DNA from: Takakia lepidozioides | Lineage: Eukaryota; Plantae; Bryophyta | NCBI GenBank assembly: GCA_030704615.1 | Contig: CM060731.1 | Coordinates: forward strand, 26,102,001 to 26,166,000 | DNA length: 64,000 nucleotides | Reading direction: 5' to 3' | In this document: positions 46,285 through 59,654 of the stretch, piece by piece | How positions within the stretch are numbered: the first letter of the stretch is position 1 | How the letters are laid out: every line of letters starts with the position of its first letter | Program-made: the position numbers and the translations under genes | Notes under the pieces: generated by a model | Database searches by the model: none | Told to the model about the DNA's origin: nothing | What the model saw: only the letters and a program-made list of their open reading frames with translations

Positions 46285-46976
46285 ACTGTATTCTTTTAAT
46301 ATTCATTTTCATACTATCTGGAAAACGTTGAATCCCCTTCCTCCACCGTAGTTGTTCCTTTAGAACAAATAATAATCACAGAATCAACTTTCATTTAAAT
46401 TGCAATATGTATGAATCCATCTCACAAACCTCCCTGACTCTTCTCATATCCATTGTGCATTCATCTACAGTGTATTCATGCGTGCTCCATTCATGAATTT
46501 TTTCCTTTGTTCAACATCCTCTGTACTCTTTAATCCACCCCACAAACCTTCCACACTCATTTCATATACGTTGTGCATTCGTCAAAAGTTTTGGTCATGC
46601 ATCTTCCTGTCATGAATTTTTGTCATTGCTCAACATCCATTATACATTCATCCATTTTACTCTTATCCATCCCTCATTCATCCATCTACATTCATTTTTC
46701 ACACTCATCCATCTGTTTATCATCCAACTGTACATTCATCCATCCTTTATTCAATGCCTTTTATTATGTCGTCCAACTTGTTTCCGCGGTAAAGGGTGCC
46801 AATCCGCGGGAATACACTCCACTTCTTTCTGGGCGCGTGGTGACGCGGCCTTCACGTGTGATGACGTGGAGTGAGCCCCGTGACGTGGCATTTGCGCGAG
46901 GTGACGTGGCGTGAGCGCAGTTGCGCTCACGCGCTCACGTGACCAGGCTCACGTCGAGGCATCCCTGTGTTTGGTC

Positions 46977-49425
46977 AATGTTTTGAATAAGGTTTGAGTA
47001 TGATTTGCTTGCTCAAGCCTTTCCCATTGTTGAAGCAATGAGATCCTACGATTTGACTCCGATGCCCTGCCACATGTTACCCATTTGGGATATACCCAGG
47101 TTGTCCCATGCTAACCAGCGGCTTGCCTCTTTTCGCTGGGAAGGGTTTGGCTTGTTGGAAAAGGTATTGACGAAGGATCTCGAAGTAGTTAGAGGGTTCA
47201 AGTTTTTTGAGAAAGCCTCGCAACCTCCCCCAAGCCTACCAGATAGAGTTCCATAGACTAGATCCCACTTTTTTGAAGTTGAAACCGTTGACAATCCATC
47301 GAAATGATAGTGCCCAAGAGGCATTTTTTAAAGGGGAGGCCATCAGAATACTGTCTGCCACGATGAACTTCCACCAACCACCCTCAGGGCCCATGAATCG
47401 AGGTATCCATTTACCTAGAAGGGCTACAATCTGTTTTTCAGGGTCGATGATGCCCAATCCTCCCTGTTTTTTGGGGAGACATATTTGGCTCCACGACACT
47501 TGGGATCTTTTACCCTGTGATGACGATTCAGCCCCCCAGATGAAATTACGCAACAGTTTTTTAACCTGTTGGATTTGAGTCGAGTTAGGTCTCCATGAGC
47601 TGGCATAGTACTAGATCCCGGCCTCCAGGATTTGATTTACTACCAAGGCTCTACCTATGATTGACAAATGCTTCGATCCCCAAAAAGCCAATTTCCTCTT
47701 CAGCTTGTTCAAAATAGGTGCAAATCTCTGCTCGTCAGTGAGGTCAAGTCCGAATGTATAGCCTAGCAGGGTTGTGGATTGGCCTGGTTGCAGCCATTTG
47801 AGGCCTAGATTGACCCCCCATGTAGGAGCGATACCCAGGTTGCTGTTTGAGATGTCCCCTACTATAAGAGCACAAGTTTTGTTCCAGTTCACCTTGAATC
47901 CAGACGCTAAACAAAATAGTTGCAAGCATTCCGCTGCTTTGTCAAGGTTCTGAGTTTCTGAATGAAGAATGAGAAAGGTATCATCGACAAACATAGAATC
48001 AAGAACCTGAGTAGGCTGCTGAGTGATGTAGTTATTGACTCTCAGTCCAGTTAGATGAGCTTTATGTTGAAGAGTGTAACCAAGGCTGTCTGCCACCACT
48101 AGAAATAAGAATGGGGATAGTGGGCAGCCTTGACGAACCGATCTAAGGAGGGAGAAGGGTTTGGATAAAGCCCCATTGATAATGACCCTGCTGGTGGAAG
48201 TGGATAGAAGGATCCTGACCCACTGACAAAACAATTGCAAGAAGCATATTTTGGCCAGTGCTGCAAGAAGAAAAGACCATTCGACCCTGTCGAATGCCTT
48301 TTCAAAGTCTAAGAGCACTAGTGCAATAGCTTGTTTCGTTTGCTTTGCATATTGAGGGATCTCTTGGGCCAGCGGTAAATTATCCATTATGTATCTGCCT
48401 TTGATAAATCCCGTTTGATTCGGTCTGATAAGGGAGGGCAACAGGGGCTGCAAGCGAAGGGAGAGAGCTTTGGCAATGATCTTGTATGCCACATTCAGCA
48501 ATGTGATAGGTCTGTAGTTAGAGAGGTTTGTCCTATCTCCCTTCTTATACAACAATGTAATGACTCCTTGGGACATTGCAGGTGGCATTGCCTGACAATG
48601 AAACAAGTAGTTAGCCATAAGGGTGAAGTCACCCGAAATCTCTGGCCAAAGCTCTTTGTAGAACTCTGCAGTGATGCCGTCCATGCCTGGGGCTTTATTG
48701 TTTTTAAGCTTGAGAAGCGCTTCTTCCAGTTCATAGTCTGTGAATTCTCCCTCCAATGTCTGCGCCTTATGCCTAGTTAGGATGGAGGGAGTGTGGGCCA
48801 GGCAGTCCTTCTGCAGCTGGGAAGGCTCCAGGCTGATGTGAGTGCTATGGTATAGATTCCCAAAGTGAGTGGCTGCCAATTTAGCCAGTTCCTTGGGGTG
48901 TGAAACCAGATTCCCTAAAACTTGATCGGTCAGTTCCGTGATGTTCTGGACCGCCTTGCGAAGCTTGGTTTTTTCAAAGAAATAATTGCTCATTTTCTCT
49001 CCCTTGGTGGACTAGTTCACCCCTGCTTGTAACTTGAGTTTTTTTCGTTCAAATTGTGGTGTACTTCCAGGTTTTTCCTTGCTTCCAGGTATGTGAGGTA
49101 GATGTGCTCATCACAACGAGGTGACTCTAGCCTCAGTTGGCATACTTTAAGGCATTTTGTGAGAGCATACACTTTGCGTTTTCTTATGGCTGCTAGGGTT
49201 TGGCTCATCCTCTGGCTTTGTATGTTCACCGCTTTGATTTTCTCCATGAAGCGTTCCGCTGGGTTCTGAGATGCATTTCCTGCTTGTTGCCAAGAGAGGA
49301 GGAGACCTTTTTTGAACTCAGGTAATTTGAGCATGAGGCTGTTTAGTTTGAACAGCCCTCTCCCTCTTTGCTGAGTATGTGGGATGCGAATGACAGCCGA
49401 AATTGGAGCATGATCAAATCCCTGG
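46977..49425 (-). mobile_element. L1-like LINE, 5'-truncated ORF2 portion (end of APE + RT), continuous with 33797-35362
   Basis: DHAP...LFKLNSLML (end of endonuclease), KAPGMDG, NYRPITLLN, LDFEKAFD, RQGCPLSP, FVDD, WSQICLPKKQGGLGI. Frameshifted. Confidence 0.93.
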
Positions 49426-49717
49426 TGTATTGGTTCTTGTTGTTGTCATTTGATTCTCATTTGAATTCTCATTTGATGTCCTCAAGGTGACAAAATAAAT
49501 AAATAAATAATAAAAATTGTACTTCAACTTAAATATTACAAAATGCTATATTAATGTCTCTATCGAAGTGTGACCCATAGCGATTTTTAAAGTTTGAATT
49601 CATTTCTTACATATATTTGCATGCATTTGACATTTTTCTAGGAGAATGATCGGAGCATCAACATGAGATTTATCAATATATAATGTTACTGCTCAATAAA
49701 TTCATGGAAAAAAATAA

Positions 49718-50055
49718 ATTGGGCCTTGACATGGGGAGACGTACTTGGATACATAGGAGATTGCAATTGGGCTTAGATGACGTGACTGGACACTTGGGCC
49801 TCTACATGGGAGATGCACTTGGATACATGACTAGAAGATTGCACTTAGGCTTAGATGGACCTCGACATAGGAGACGCATTGGGATACATTGGAGATTGCA
49901 CTTCGTCTTAGATTTCAATTCTTCACACATGGGCCAAATGCACAGGCTACCCTAGAGGTCGCACTTGGGCCTCGATATAGGAGACTCACTTGGATACATA
50001 GGGGATTGTCAAGATGACACTGGACACTTGGGCCAACCGCACAGGCTACCCTAGT
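49718..50055 (+). mobile_element. Helitron-like non-autonomous repeat, copy 2 (3' end)
   Basis: Same CACTTGGGCC/GATACATAGG repeats and the terminus ...GCTACC-CTAG|T as 9965-10165. Preceded by an AT-rich tract from ~49440. Confidence 0.55.
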
Positions 50056-51172
50056 TTGTCTTGATCCGGGTGTTCAGACTGCACGTTTCAGTTTCCTGGG
50101 TGTAGTGTAACGGAGGTTGATCAAAATAAGTCTTGCAAGAAAGTACTCTTAATACAGTCAGGAATGGCCGGCACTATCCCTTCGGTGTTTGGCATAGTGC
50201 CCAAGATTGGGAACTTACGACCCAATATGGAAGGATTTCATCACTCTCACTGATGAAGGCATAGTCCCCGTACTTTGAGTGTCCCCGTACTTGTGTGCTT
50301 GGGATCAAAACCTTTCTTGCTTTTTGACAGCTACCATCCTAGGAACGAGATAGTGGGCCTTTCTTTCTGCATTCGGTTGGAATCTTGTTCCTGGAATTGT
50401 GAAGTGCAAGGAGCATCTGATACTAGTTGTCTCTTGGAGAAAAGATGTTTTCATCAAGCGAGGGGAAAGCTTACCGGATCGATGATGCCCAATGAACATA
50501 GGAGAAAACTGCAACAAGACTACAGGTCCAGTCGACGAGAACTTTCTCGCAATCTGCGGATGCTTTCAGAAAGCAACTCTTGCAACAGTGTCTTCAGATG
50601 TTCCAAGTGGGGAATGGTCTCTCCTGCCCACTTCCATTTCAGGGTTTGATCACTCTTTGTGCAATTCACGGGTAAGTAATTGTAGAGCTTCATTGGCCAA
50701 GCCCAGGATCGGATCACATGATCAACAGTTAATAAAGGTAGGGAAAGAATAATGGTGCTGGGCAGCCACTCCACTATCATGACACTGAGTCTGAATCATT
50801 GCGTCTAAGTTGACCATCCTAGTTTTAACAAAGGGTTCCGGTTGTTTACGGGTACCCAGCATTCATGAAATCAAACTCCCAGCGGAATCCATGTTGGTTG
50901 TACACCCAATGGATACAAGGGGCACAAAAAGGACTACAAAAAACAAATGAGAAAAAGTTCAAGCACTTCAGTCCTTAGCTACAGGCCAGGGATGGGGAAT
51001 CTCTACAAGGCATTAGCCATGTCTTTACATCAAGCTGCAGCCAATCGTCATAGCATTACTGAAAGCCTCCCATCCTGGTTTAGCCCTCAATTGACAGAGA
51101 TCTCACAAATGTGGTTTCCTGATGGGATTGGGAATTTCCGGAAAGCAGCTAAGAAAGTTTGATAGCAGACTT

Positions 51173-53472
51173 TTACATATCTGCATCTTTCCTGACCCCA
51201 AGCAATGGAAGACTCGAAGTGAAGCTAACAGGAGTGAGAGCTTGATCTCGCACTGTCAGATTCAACACATCAGGGCGTGAGTAGTGCCCCACCACATCAA
51301 AGTCAAACTTGGCCCTCACTATATCCCCCAGATCTGCAATGAGACAGCATACACATTGACAATCTTTGGTTAGAGCATATGACCTGCCAGCAATATCCCT
51401 CACATTTTCATACTCTCAGCTCAAGCAGTTACCACCAGATAAATGTTAGATGAAAGGATGGCCAGCTAAGTGGGTGCTGCTCACCAAGATCTGCTGAGAC
51501 AAGTGCTTCTCCATCAAAGTTTGGACCGGCAAGAACAGTGCCCGTGGGGGAGATAATAACACTGCCTCCCTCACAAACAACTTCGGCAGGAGAGGGCTCC
51601 TCTCCCAAGGCCCCAAATATGTACTCAGGGGCAGGAGGGTAGTCTTGTCGCCTGCAAAACTGGTTGGCCGATAGCACAAAGCAAGCCCCCTCAACAGCAA
51701 TGTGGACCATGGAGGCTTGCCATGTGCCCCTTGCATCAGCTGTGGGTGCACAGTAGAGCTCCACGCCTAATTTCTCAAACAATCCACCCATTTGACATTT
51801 AGGACTAACATCCTATCATCCATAGGAATTACAGAGCTGTAGTCTTTCCTGGGCAAAAACAGACCTGTAGCTTTTTCTCCTGCTGTTATGCATAATTCCT
51901 GTGCTTTTCCCATAAGAGAGGTTAGGAAATCCTCTATGTGGAATGAACGTACCCAACTCTTGTGCAAAATCCTAAATGAGAAGAAGCTACATAAGATCTT
52001 CACTTCCAAGAGACACATTTTACAATGATTTTTATGAAGAGCATAAGTCAACATAATTATAAGCTACTTCTTGTGATGTTCACACGACAGTGTGGTCATG
52101 AAGGCTGAATGACAATTTTGACATGTTAGTGATCTCCAAGATGTACAAGAGCAACCCACCTTTAGCATACATAGCAGTTCGAAGGAGAGGCATTCGGTTC
52201 TCCCAGCAGATGACGGCACCCACCTTCCCAATTGGTGTCTCGAACACGGGGAGAGTGGACCCATCTCCAAAGCCCCAAATGAGGCGCTCTGAGGCTGTGG
52301 GCATGAGCTTGCGATGTTTTCCCAGAAACTCTCCGGTGGCATCAAAAAACAGAACTGTACAGTACAGAGTTCCTCCTGCCCGTTCAATCACCCCAACAAC
52401 CAAGAACACTTTGTATCTGCTTGCTGAGGCTGACAGCCGCTCCACTTCAGGACCTGTGGGGCAAGATACAAATTAGTCGAATCTTATGAGCTTTGGCAAT
52501 GACCAACATGCTGATTTGAGCTTGTCTGACTTCAGTGTTGGTGCTGCTTACAGCATGTGCAGCCACAACTTGGTGAATTGCAGAATGTGCTTCCAATTCC
52601 CTGACAGCCGCAGAAAATGAAGACCAACAAGGAAGAAGAGATGGAGAAAAATATGTGATTCTGCCAGAGCAAGGGGTCTCTCATGTTGCGAGCATAGGTT
52701 CAATGTTCCCACAAATGATAAGCAAGGCTGCCAAAGACTTAAAAAAGGAAACCCATCAACGAAAATTACTCGTGACTCTTCACAGATTCGGCACAACCCA
52801 AATTTACAACGGAACATCAAGACAGCAGAAGGCTTCTCCTTTCTCTCTGTATGAACATGCGATGTGCTATGGAGGTATTTTCTGCCACAAAAGTCATTTA
52901 CAGGGTTCTAAACGAGAAGTTCTGCACCTTTGGATTGTCCAACCCATTCTTCTGTGTAGACTATGTGGTCCCGGTTACAGCCACCGAGTTTGAGGGAGGA
53001 CGGAATCCATGGTCGAAGAGAGAGGATCGCAGACCTGGTACCTCAATGGCGGATGCGTGGTACTTGCGGTAGTCTTCGCGACCCTTAGCAGAACGGCTTC
53101 CGATCACAGCGCCAAACGAGTTACCACGCGGGTACCCACCGATGAACGCTTCTGGAAAAACGACCAATTGTGACCCCAGGGCAGCTGCCTGGGCAATGAG
53201 CCTCTCGGCCTTGTCTGCAACCATCAAGTAAGTGCATGAGGTAAATGTAGGGCCTCCGAACTCAGAAGCTTGAACATATCTATAATCAAACTTAGCAGTC
53301 ACCTCCTCTCAAATGCCCAAGACGGAAAGAGAGGGAGAGCATGTCACGTACCAAGAGTCGCAGGAGTGTCGTAGAAAATGGTGGATGCCTGCACGACCGT
53401 AGCCCGAACAGACCGAGCTGATGCAGGACTGCCCATATCTATCTCGTCTGGGATCACTGACTCCTCCGCCAT
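51173..53472 (-). CDS. NIT4: Nitrilase, NIT4-like (beta-cyanoalanine nitrilase/hydratase), 5 exons
   Basis: [19 protein letters not shown]; catalytic triad VFPEAF, KHRKL and ICWEN; [16 protein letters not shown]. Approximate exons: 53472-53352, 53214-53039, 52453-52160, 51765-51486, 51333-51173. Confidence 0.93.
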
Positions 53473-55444
53473 CCCTACAACCTTGAATTGTGCAGCACCA
53501 CCCGCTTACCAAATCTAGCTCCTGAAAGACAGATCACCCCAATGCTACCTATCCTTCCAAACAAACAGAGAATTGGCAAATATATTTAGAACCAAGACAA
53601 CCATGACATTTTGTTCGTTCAACTATTCATTAGTTTCCTTCACCATTCAATCGTGTTACTAACCGTTGATCCCCTAACATTTTGCTGTCGTCTTATTATA
53701 ACTTTTTTGTGAAGTTTCAAGTATTCACATGGCGGTCCCCATTTCTTGGGCTGAATTCTTGGGCTGAAAAGTTGTCTCTTCACCACTTTGGAGTGGGACC
53801 TCCCCATTTGGAAAGACTTTCCAGGCTGTCAAGTTCTCCTGGTTCACTCCTTGCAAACGGGATGGCACTAGGCTTTGGTTTCACTTCAAATTCAACGAAC
53901 ATCCTCCTTAGGGGGAGAATTCTCTCTTCCGCTCCACTCTTCGTTTGCAATTCGTGTCATTGAGTTGTCCTCTGGTTCTACTGACCCCTTCCCTGATGTT
54001 ATGGACTCTGTTATGGCATGTCTTTCAAGTCTGTTTTATGCAGGCTCCATTTGCTCCCTGAGACTCGCTGATCTACAATTCGATCCTGGGGAGTGGTCAT
54101 GGGCAAATGAGAAACCCTTCTCCTCTTATACAGCTACGATGGCCCGTTCTCTTTCTCTCCCATCACTTCCCAAGCATCATTAAGTGGGGAAAAGAAAATG
54201 GGAGCGTATCCATCCACCTTCTTCCAATTCGGGATCTATGGGATATTTGGTAGGTACCCTCCGCATTTCTTTGGAAAATTGGTAATCGAATTTTACCCGT
54301 GGGTCTTCTCTCATCCCTCCCCAAATCTGTCAAATGTGCTCTCTGAATTCTGAATTCCTAAGACTTTGGAACTTTGCCTTTTCTCTTGCTCTTTTGCCAC
54401 AATCCTATCAGAGTTAGGCAATTCTATACTGCAAGGAATCTTGTAAAGTCGGGCTGCATTTCTAACCATCTGCTGAATCTCCACAATGGTCATCTGGAAA
54501 GATTGCCCCATTTGGTCATGCATCAGATCTTTGGCTCTATGGCACATTTGGAAATGCAGACCTGTGTGATCTCCCAGCTCCAATGTTCCTGCGACGCTCG
54601 AAACATTTATGATCTTTAACAGAGGGAGCAAAGGCATTTGAGACTACTGGGAACGAGATGTGCTGAAGACAAGCGAGCCAAACTAAGTCAACATCAAAGC
54701 CCACTTGAAATTTAAGCCTTTCCGTCACAACCAGTAGACTCCAAGTTTGTCTGTCTCGAGTTCCTTCTTAGGTGATCAGTTTCATTTCTTCTTGCTGATC
54801 GTTTTACTTGTTAGGATTGAGCTTGCTTGGTTTGGTGTTGCTTGTGAACTCTCTCGCCCAGATGGTAGGACTCTGCGTTTCACAGGAACATGCCTCCTGA
54901 TGTTTGCCACCTTCTCCTACATTGTGAGGTTTTGGACGATCTCTTTGTAGGGATCCGTATTAAAATAAGGGGTGCAGAACTGCATTTTCTGCACTTTGCC
55001 ACCTTTTCGGTTTTGGGATATATATATATATATCTGTGAATCCCTCTACTGAAACATTCTGAGTACATTTCGAGTCTGTTTTTGAATAGTGAGGAAGTCC
55101 ACTTAGATGACAACGAGGAGTTGATTGCAGAGGCGGAGTTGTTTGAGATAAAATGATTTCTTTGTGTACTCTACACACATTAATTTATACTCGCTTACAT
55201 TGCATTATTATTATTTCATAAATTTGTATATTTGGCCTTAATACATTGGCCCCCTCTTTTAACTCCTGGACCACGCTAATTCCTGGACCACTCTAAAATT
55301 AACCGGGGCAAATGAAACTGCTCTACATATTCTCTTTTCAACATGGTCAAAAGATTTGATATAACTAATGGGGATTCACAAATCATTTTTAGATTTATAA
55401 AAAACGATCAAAAATTTAATATATATTTTTAAATTCAAAAAATA

Positions 55445-55581
55445 GAGAACCGGAACCGGAAACTGGAACCGGCGGTTCCTTCCCAAAAAACACCCGGAAC
55501 CGGAACCGGAACCGCTTCATAGAAAAGAACCGGATCCGGAACCGGAGGTTCCTTCAATATGGCAAGAACCGCACAACACTG
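55445..55581. mobile_element. hAT-like transposon end with GGAACC subterminal repeats
   Basis: Clustered GAACCG(G) repeats ending in ...GAACCGCACAACACTG (CAGTGTTG.. terminus on the minus strand). The matching other end was not found. Confidence 0.5.
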
Positions 55582-55710
55582 GTCTGGACTGTCCTTGTTC
55601 GTCCCCTTTTCTCAGTGGGCCACCCTTCTGAGGATGGGGTGACCCCAACAGCCAGCCAGGGAACCACCACCTCTTCCCAAGATTGGGGCAGCTGAAAGGC
55701 GTATACAGGC

Positions 55711-55989
55711 CAGTGTTTTTTTTTATCATATTTCGAAAATCGCTGGCGGGGCCACATGTTAATTCTCCATGTGGCGAGAATATCGAGGTGACAGAGTTAG
55801 AAAAGTGACAATATTCCAGGTGGCATAAAATAACTGGTCCACGTCGGTGATATTAGGCCCCTGAAATTTATCTGCTGCTGCTTTTTGGCGAAAAAATCAG
55901 ATTTTACCCCCATAATTCCTTTGTACAAGTAGCTGACGTAGTTTGCAGGTCGAAATTTGGCGATTTTTCGCCAGAAAGAAAAACACTGA
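55711..55989. mobile_element. MITE with CAGTGTTTTTT terminal inverted repeats
   Basis: CAGTGTTTTTT at 55711 and AAAAAACACTG ending at 55989. No clear TSD. Confidence 0.55.
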
Positions 55990-56228
55990 GATTCTGGGCC
56001 CGCCTGTCACAATTTCGGGCAAGACTATCTGAGCTGAGCATCATGCGATGGAAGGATCAAGGGCGGGCCATTTTGCCCAATTCTCTACCCGACCTGAAAT
56101 TTCGTCTCGGCCAGTACACAGAATCGGCCGAACGTCCCGATCACTGTGCCTGACCAGCACTACCACACGTCAGCTCCTTGGTGGGATCTCTTCTTCGTGA
56201 GGAGCAATATCACCAACAAACGCCCTTG

Positions 56229-59200
56229 AGGATGGATGAACTTTTGGGTTCAACTCATTATCCGTTAGATATTCTAGATACCTAGAATACATGCGGCTTA
56301 GAATAGCTATTAGATAAGTCTTGAGGAAATAGACATCTCGGTGGGAGACATCTCTTGGAAGGGGACATCTCTCGGTAAGAAACATCAAGTAGATATATAT
56401 ATTATGCTCAGGGGAGAGGCAATTAATCTTTGTACATACCTCTATGGTTGGGAGGAGAGCTCATTTATAATAAAGTCTTATTCTTTCATCCCTGAATCTT
56501 CAGAAGTATGTGTATGTTTTCTTGACATGATATTAGAGCAGGTTTTTTTGTAGAATTCTTTACAGGATTGAGAGATCTAGTTTCATTCATATTTTTGAAA
56601 GTGGGATTACTTAGCAGGACAGAAAGTACTTGCTAGAGCAAAGATATGTGTTGTGTAGTTGATTCTTTGGTGGTGGTGTGAAGTTCTTATTTTTGTACAC
56701 ATGTATCCATATCTCTGAGTCTGGGAGAAATATGACATCATTATACTTGATTAGCTTGGTCTATGTATATTTGAAATGTCTCAATATCTTAGTTATCATG
56801 CGATTGCAAACTTTGATGGAGACATGTTTCATATTTGGAAAGACAAGATGCGAATGGTTCTTATTAGAGATGGCACATGGAAGGTTGTATCTGGCAAACA
56901 TAAGAAACATTCAGAAACAGATGTTGATGCACTAGATCGGTGGGGAGGATCTTGATCAGAAAGCTCTTGCAACTATTTCTTTGCATGTGAGTGATTCCTT
57001 GTTTGGGCAAGTGAGTAAGCATGAGACATCTTGTAAAGCTTGAGAATTCATAGTCATGATGTATGATCCTAAGAATGGAAATGCGTTGTTGCAATTGCGA
57101 CAACAATTTTTCACTCTTAAGATGAGTGAAGGAGATTCCATTGTTTCTCACATAGCCAAGATGCGAACTTTACTGGATCAGATTGCAGCGACAAGGAGTT
57201 AGACACCTGCATGACATTAATGGGGAGTTTGACTCCAGCATTTGAGTTTGTTATGGTATCTCTTGGAACTCGCCCTATTACTGATCTGTCCATGGAGTTA
57301 GTTGTTGGAGTGCTCCTCCAGGAGGAATCACGTCAGAAGGGTCTTGTTGTTGCTACTCTGTCAGATGTTGCGCTCAACATAGCGAACAAGTGCAAGCACT
57401 CTGTCTCTACTTCTGGTACATCCACCAAGGAAAATGGTAAGGAAATAAATAAATAAATAATGTTTATATTGTGGGAAATCGGATCACCATGCTAGTGAAT
57501 GACGAAATAAGGAAGCTGATAGGAAGGCTGGAAAACTCAAGAGATCTGTACCTGAAGTCAATCACGTGGAGAATGCTGCTGACAACATTGAGTTGTTTGT
57601 GACTGCCTTATCTGTAGCTCTGAGTAACGACACTTGGTACATCGACTCTGGTGCTTCTCAGCACATGACATCGCACAGATAATGGTTTTCTACCTACCAA
57701 GACCTTCCAGGTGACAGAAAGGTGTATCTCAGTGATGACAGTGCTCTTTAGATCAAGGGTAAGGGTATTATTCCTCAAGCTACCTAGTGGAGTCTGCAAG
57801 AACGTCAAGGATATTCTACATATTGAGGGACTCCAAAAAAACCAGCTATTGTCAGTCAGCAAGATGGAGGATCAATGTTATCAGATAACTTTCAGATTCA
57901 GACGTTGTTTGATGAAGACTCATGAGGGCAATGTGGTTGTGATGGGCGTTCGTACATGACAACTCTACAAGTTGTCAGGATCCCCACATTGTGTAGTTCA
58001 TGCAAACGTGTCACGATGCATCGACACTAATGGTTCCATGGGGAAGGCTGATTTGTGGCATCAGCGTCTCGGTCATCTTGGCATTGCAAGTTTGAAGAGC
58101 TTGAAGACAAAGAGCATGGTCGAAGGTCTGGACTTGGAGGTTACATCTAACCTAGAGTTTTGTCAATGTTGTGTATATGGAAAGCATTACCACAATCCAT
58201 TTCCAGCTACGGGTGGTACACGGGCATCAGAGTTACTTGAATTGATACACAGTGATGTTTGTGGACCGATGGAAAGTCTTTCTCATAGAGGTACTAGATA
58301 CTTTGTCACTTTCATTGATGATTTTCCGCGGAAAATCTTTGTTTATTTCAAGAAGAAAAATCTGAGCTTTTGGATAAGTTCAAGATATTCAAAGCTCTTG
58401 GTGTGCGGGGCTCCACCTAATGAGCGCCTCCGCTTCCCTGAGTGCCTTGGGCACTCAAGGGTGCTTCAGCCCCCCATACCTATCGCTGCCGCTGCCGCTG
58501 CCCCCACCACAGGGGTAGCCCCTCATGTGTCCCGACCCCCCTGCCCTCAAGGCAAAGGGCCGCGACACTATTGCTGTGTATGTTAATAATCGAGCACCTA
58601 CCATTGCAGTCAAGGATATGACACCTAAGGAGGCATGGAGTGGCAAGAAGCCAAGTGTTGCACACCTAAGAGTTTTTGGTTGTGATGCATATGCTCATGT
58701 TCCGACAGAAAAGCGCTCAAAGCTGGATTCCAAAAGCAATAAGTGCATGTTTTTGGGATATTGTGAGGGGTCTAAATGTTATCGTCTGTATGACTCGGAA
58801 CGCAAAGTTGTGGTTAGGAGTCGTGACGTCCACTTGCTCACAACGTAGTTTGAAGCCCTCCAACAAATTTGTAGAGTCTCTAGACATGGTTTTGCATTTC
58901 ACTGTACTAGCAATGATGAACCACAGTCCTTGAAAGAAGCGTTGGAGAGTGTTGATGTCTCACAGTGGAAGTAAGCTCTTGATTCAGAGTACAAGTCCAT
59001 TATGGATAATGACACTTGGGTTCTTATTCTTCTGCTACTTGGAAGGAGAACAGTTGGAAGCAGACAGATCTTCAAGGTGAAGTACAAGGCAGATGGAACT
59101 GTGGAGCAATACAAAGTTCGGCTCGTTGCCAAGGGCTATTCTCAAAGGGAAGTGAAACGAATCTTACGGTCTCTCAAACGTACTATTGACCATGGGTTAT

Positions 59201-59654
59201 GCTTCATTGGGAGTCTTTCAGGCAAGGATGGTTTGCACATGGTAGGATACTGTGATGTAGATATTTTGACCAAGAGTCTCATTCGTGAAAAGCTTGTGCG
59301 CAAGCATGTGCGCTTCAAGAAGATGAGGGGGGTTGTTGACTTCCGATCTTGGTAACGGCTGTTTCGTTGAGTGGGAGTGTTAGAATTAGGATGGATAAAC
59401 TTTTGGGTTCAACTCATCATCCGTTTGATATTCTAGATACCTAGAATAGATGCGGCTTAGGATAGCTATTAGATAAGTCTTGAGGGAATAGGTATCTCTG
59501 GGTAGGATACATCTAGGAGGTATACATATTGTGCTTAGGAGAGAGGCTATCAATCTTTGTATACACCTCTATGGTTGGGAGGAGAGCTTCTTTGTAATAG
59601 AGTCTTATTCTTTCATCCCTCAATCTTCACAAGTATGTGTATGTTTTCTTGACC
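56229..59654 (+). mobile_element. Ty1/copia LTR retrotransposon, degenerate and internally deleted
   Basis: Similar LTRs at ~56229-56527 and 59378-59654. Decayed Met-i PBS TGATATTAGAGC at 56528-56539 and PPT-like GAGTGGGAG before the 3' LTR. Gag knuckle CLYCGKSDH, protease WYIDSGASQHM, GAG-pre-integrase WHQRLGH, IHSDVCGP and YKVRLVAKGYSQ. Most of RT and RNase H is missing. Confidence 0.93.
58402..58567. mobile_element. Short GC-rich TG...CA insertion (solo-LTR-like) replacing part of the copia integrase
   Basis: Starts TGTGCGGGGC and ends GCCGCGACA. Copia integrase sequence stops before it and resumes after it (..AVYVNNRAPT). Confidence 0.5.

Larger units (their letters stand above)
35363..46967. 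mobile_element. Mutator-like (MULE) DNA transposon, 11.6 kb, with two divergent genes and no canonical TIRs
   Basis: 9-bp direct repeat TGTTTGGTC at 35354-35362 and 46968-46976. Removing the element and one TSD copy rejoins the L1 frame (...YSNLIQNI-DQT-WIRHLN). Both ends are rich in CGTGAGCG motifs. Contains a SWIM transposase gene. Confidence 0.92.

Noticed and set aside
35363-46967. Bacterial or phage contamination as the source of the ParB-MTase gene
   Set aside because: The gene has multiple GT-AG introns and lies inside a TSD-flanked element nested in an L1 between plant genes.
50236-50300. Hammerhead ribozyme (CTGATGA core)
   Set aside because: No stem II followed by GAAA. The motif is just one arm of a small TTCATCA/TGATGAA hairpin.
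53700-54730. Possible LINE ORF1 remnant upstream of the nitrilase
   Set aside because: Coding-like composition but no diagnostic motif. Left unannotated.
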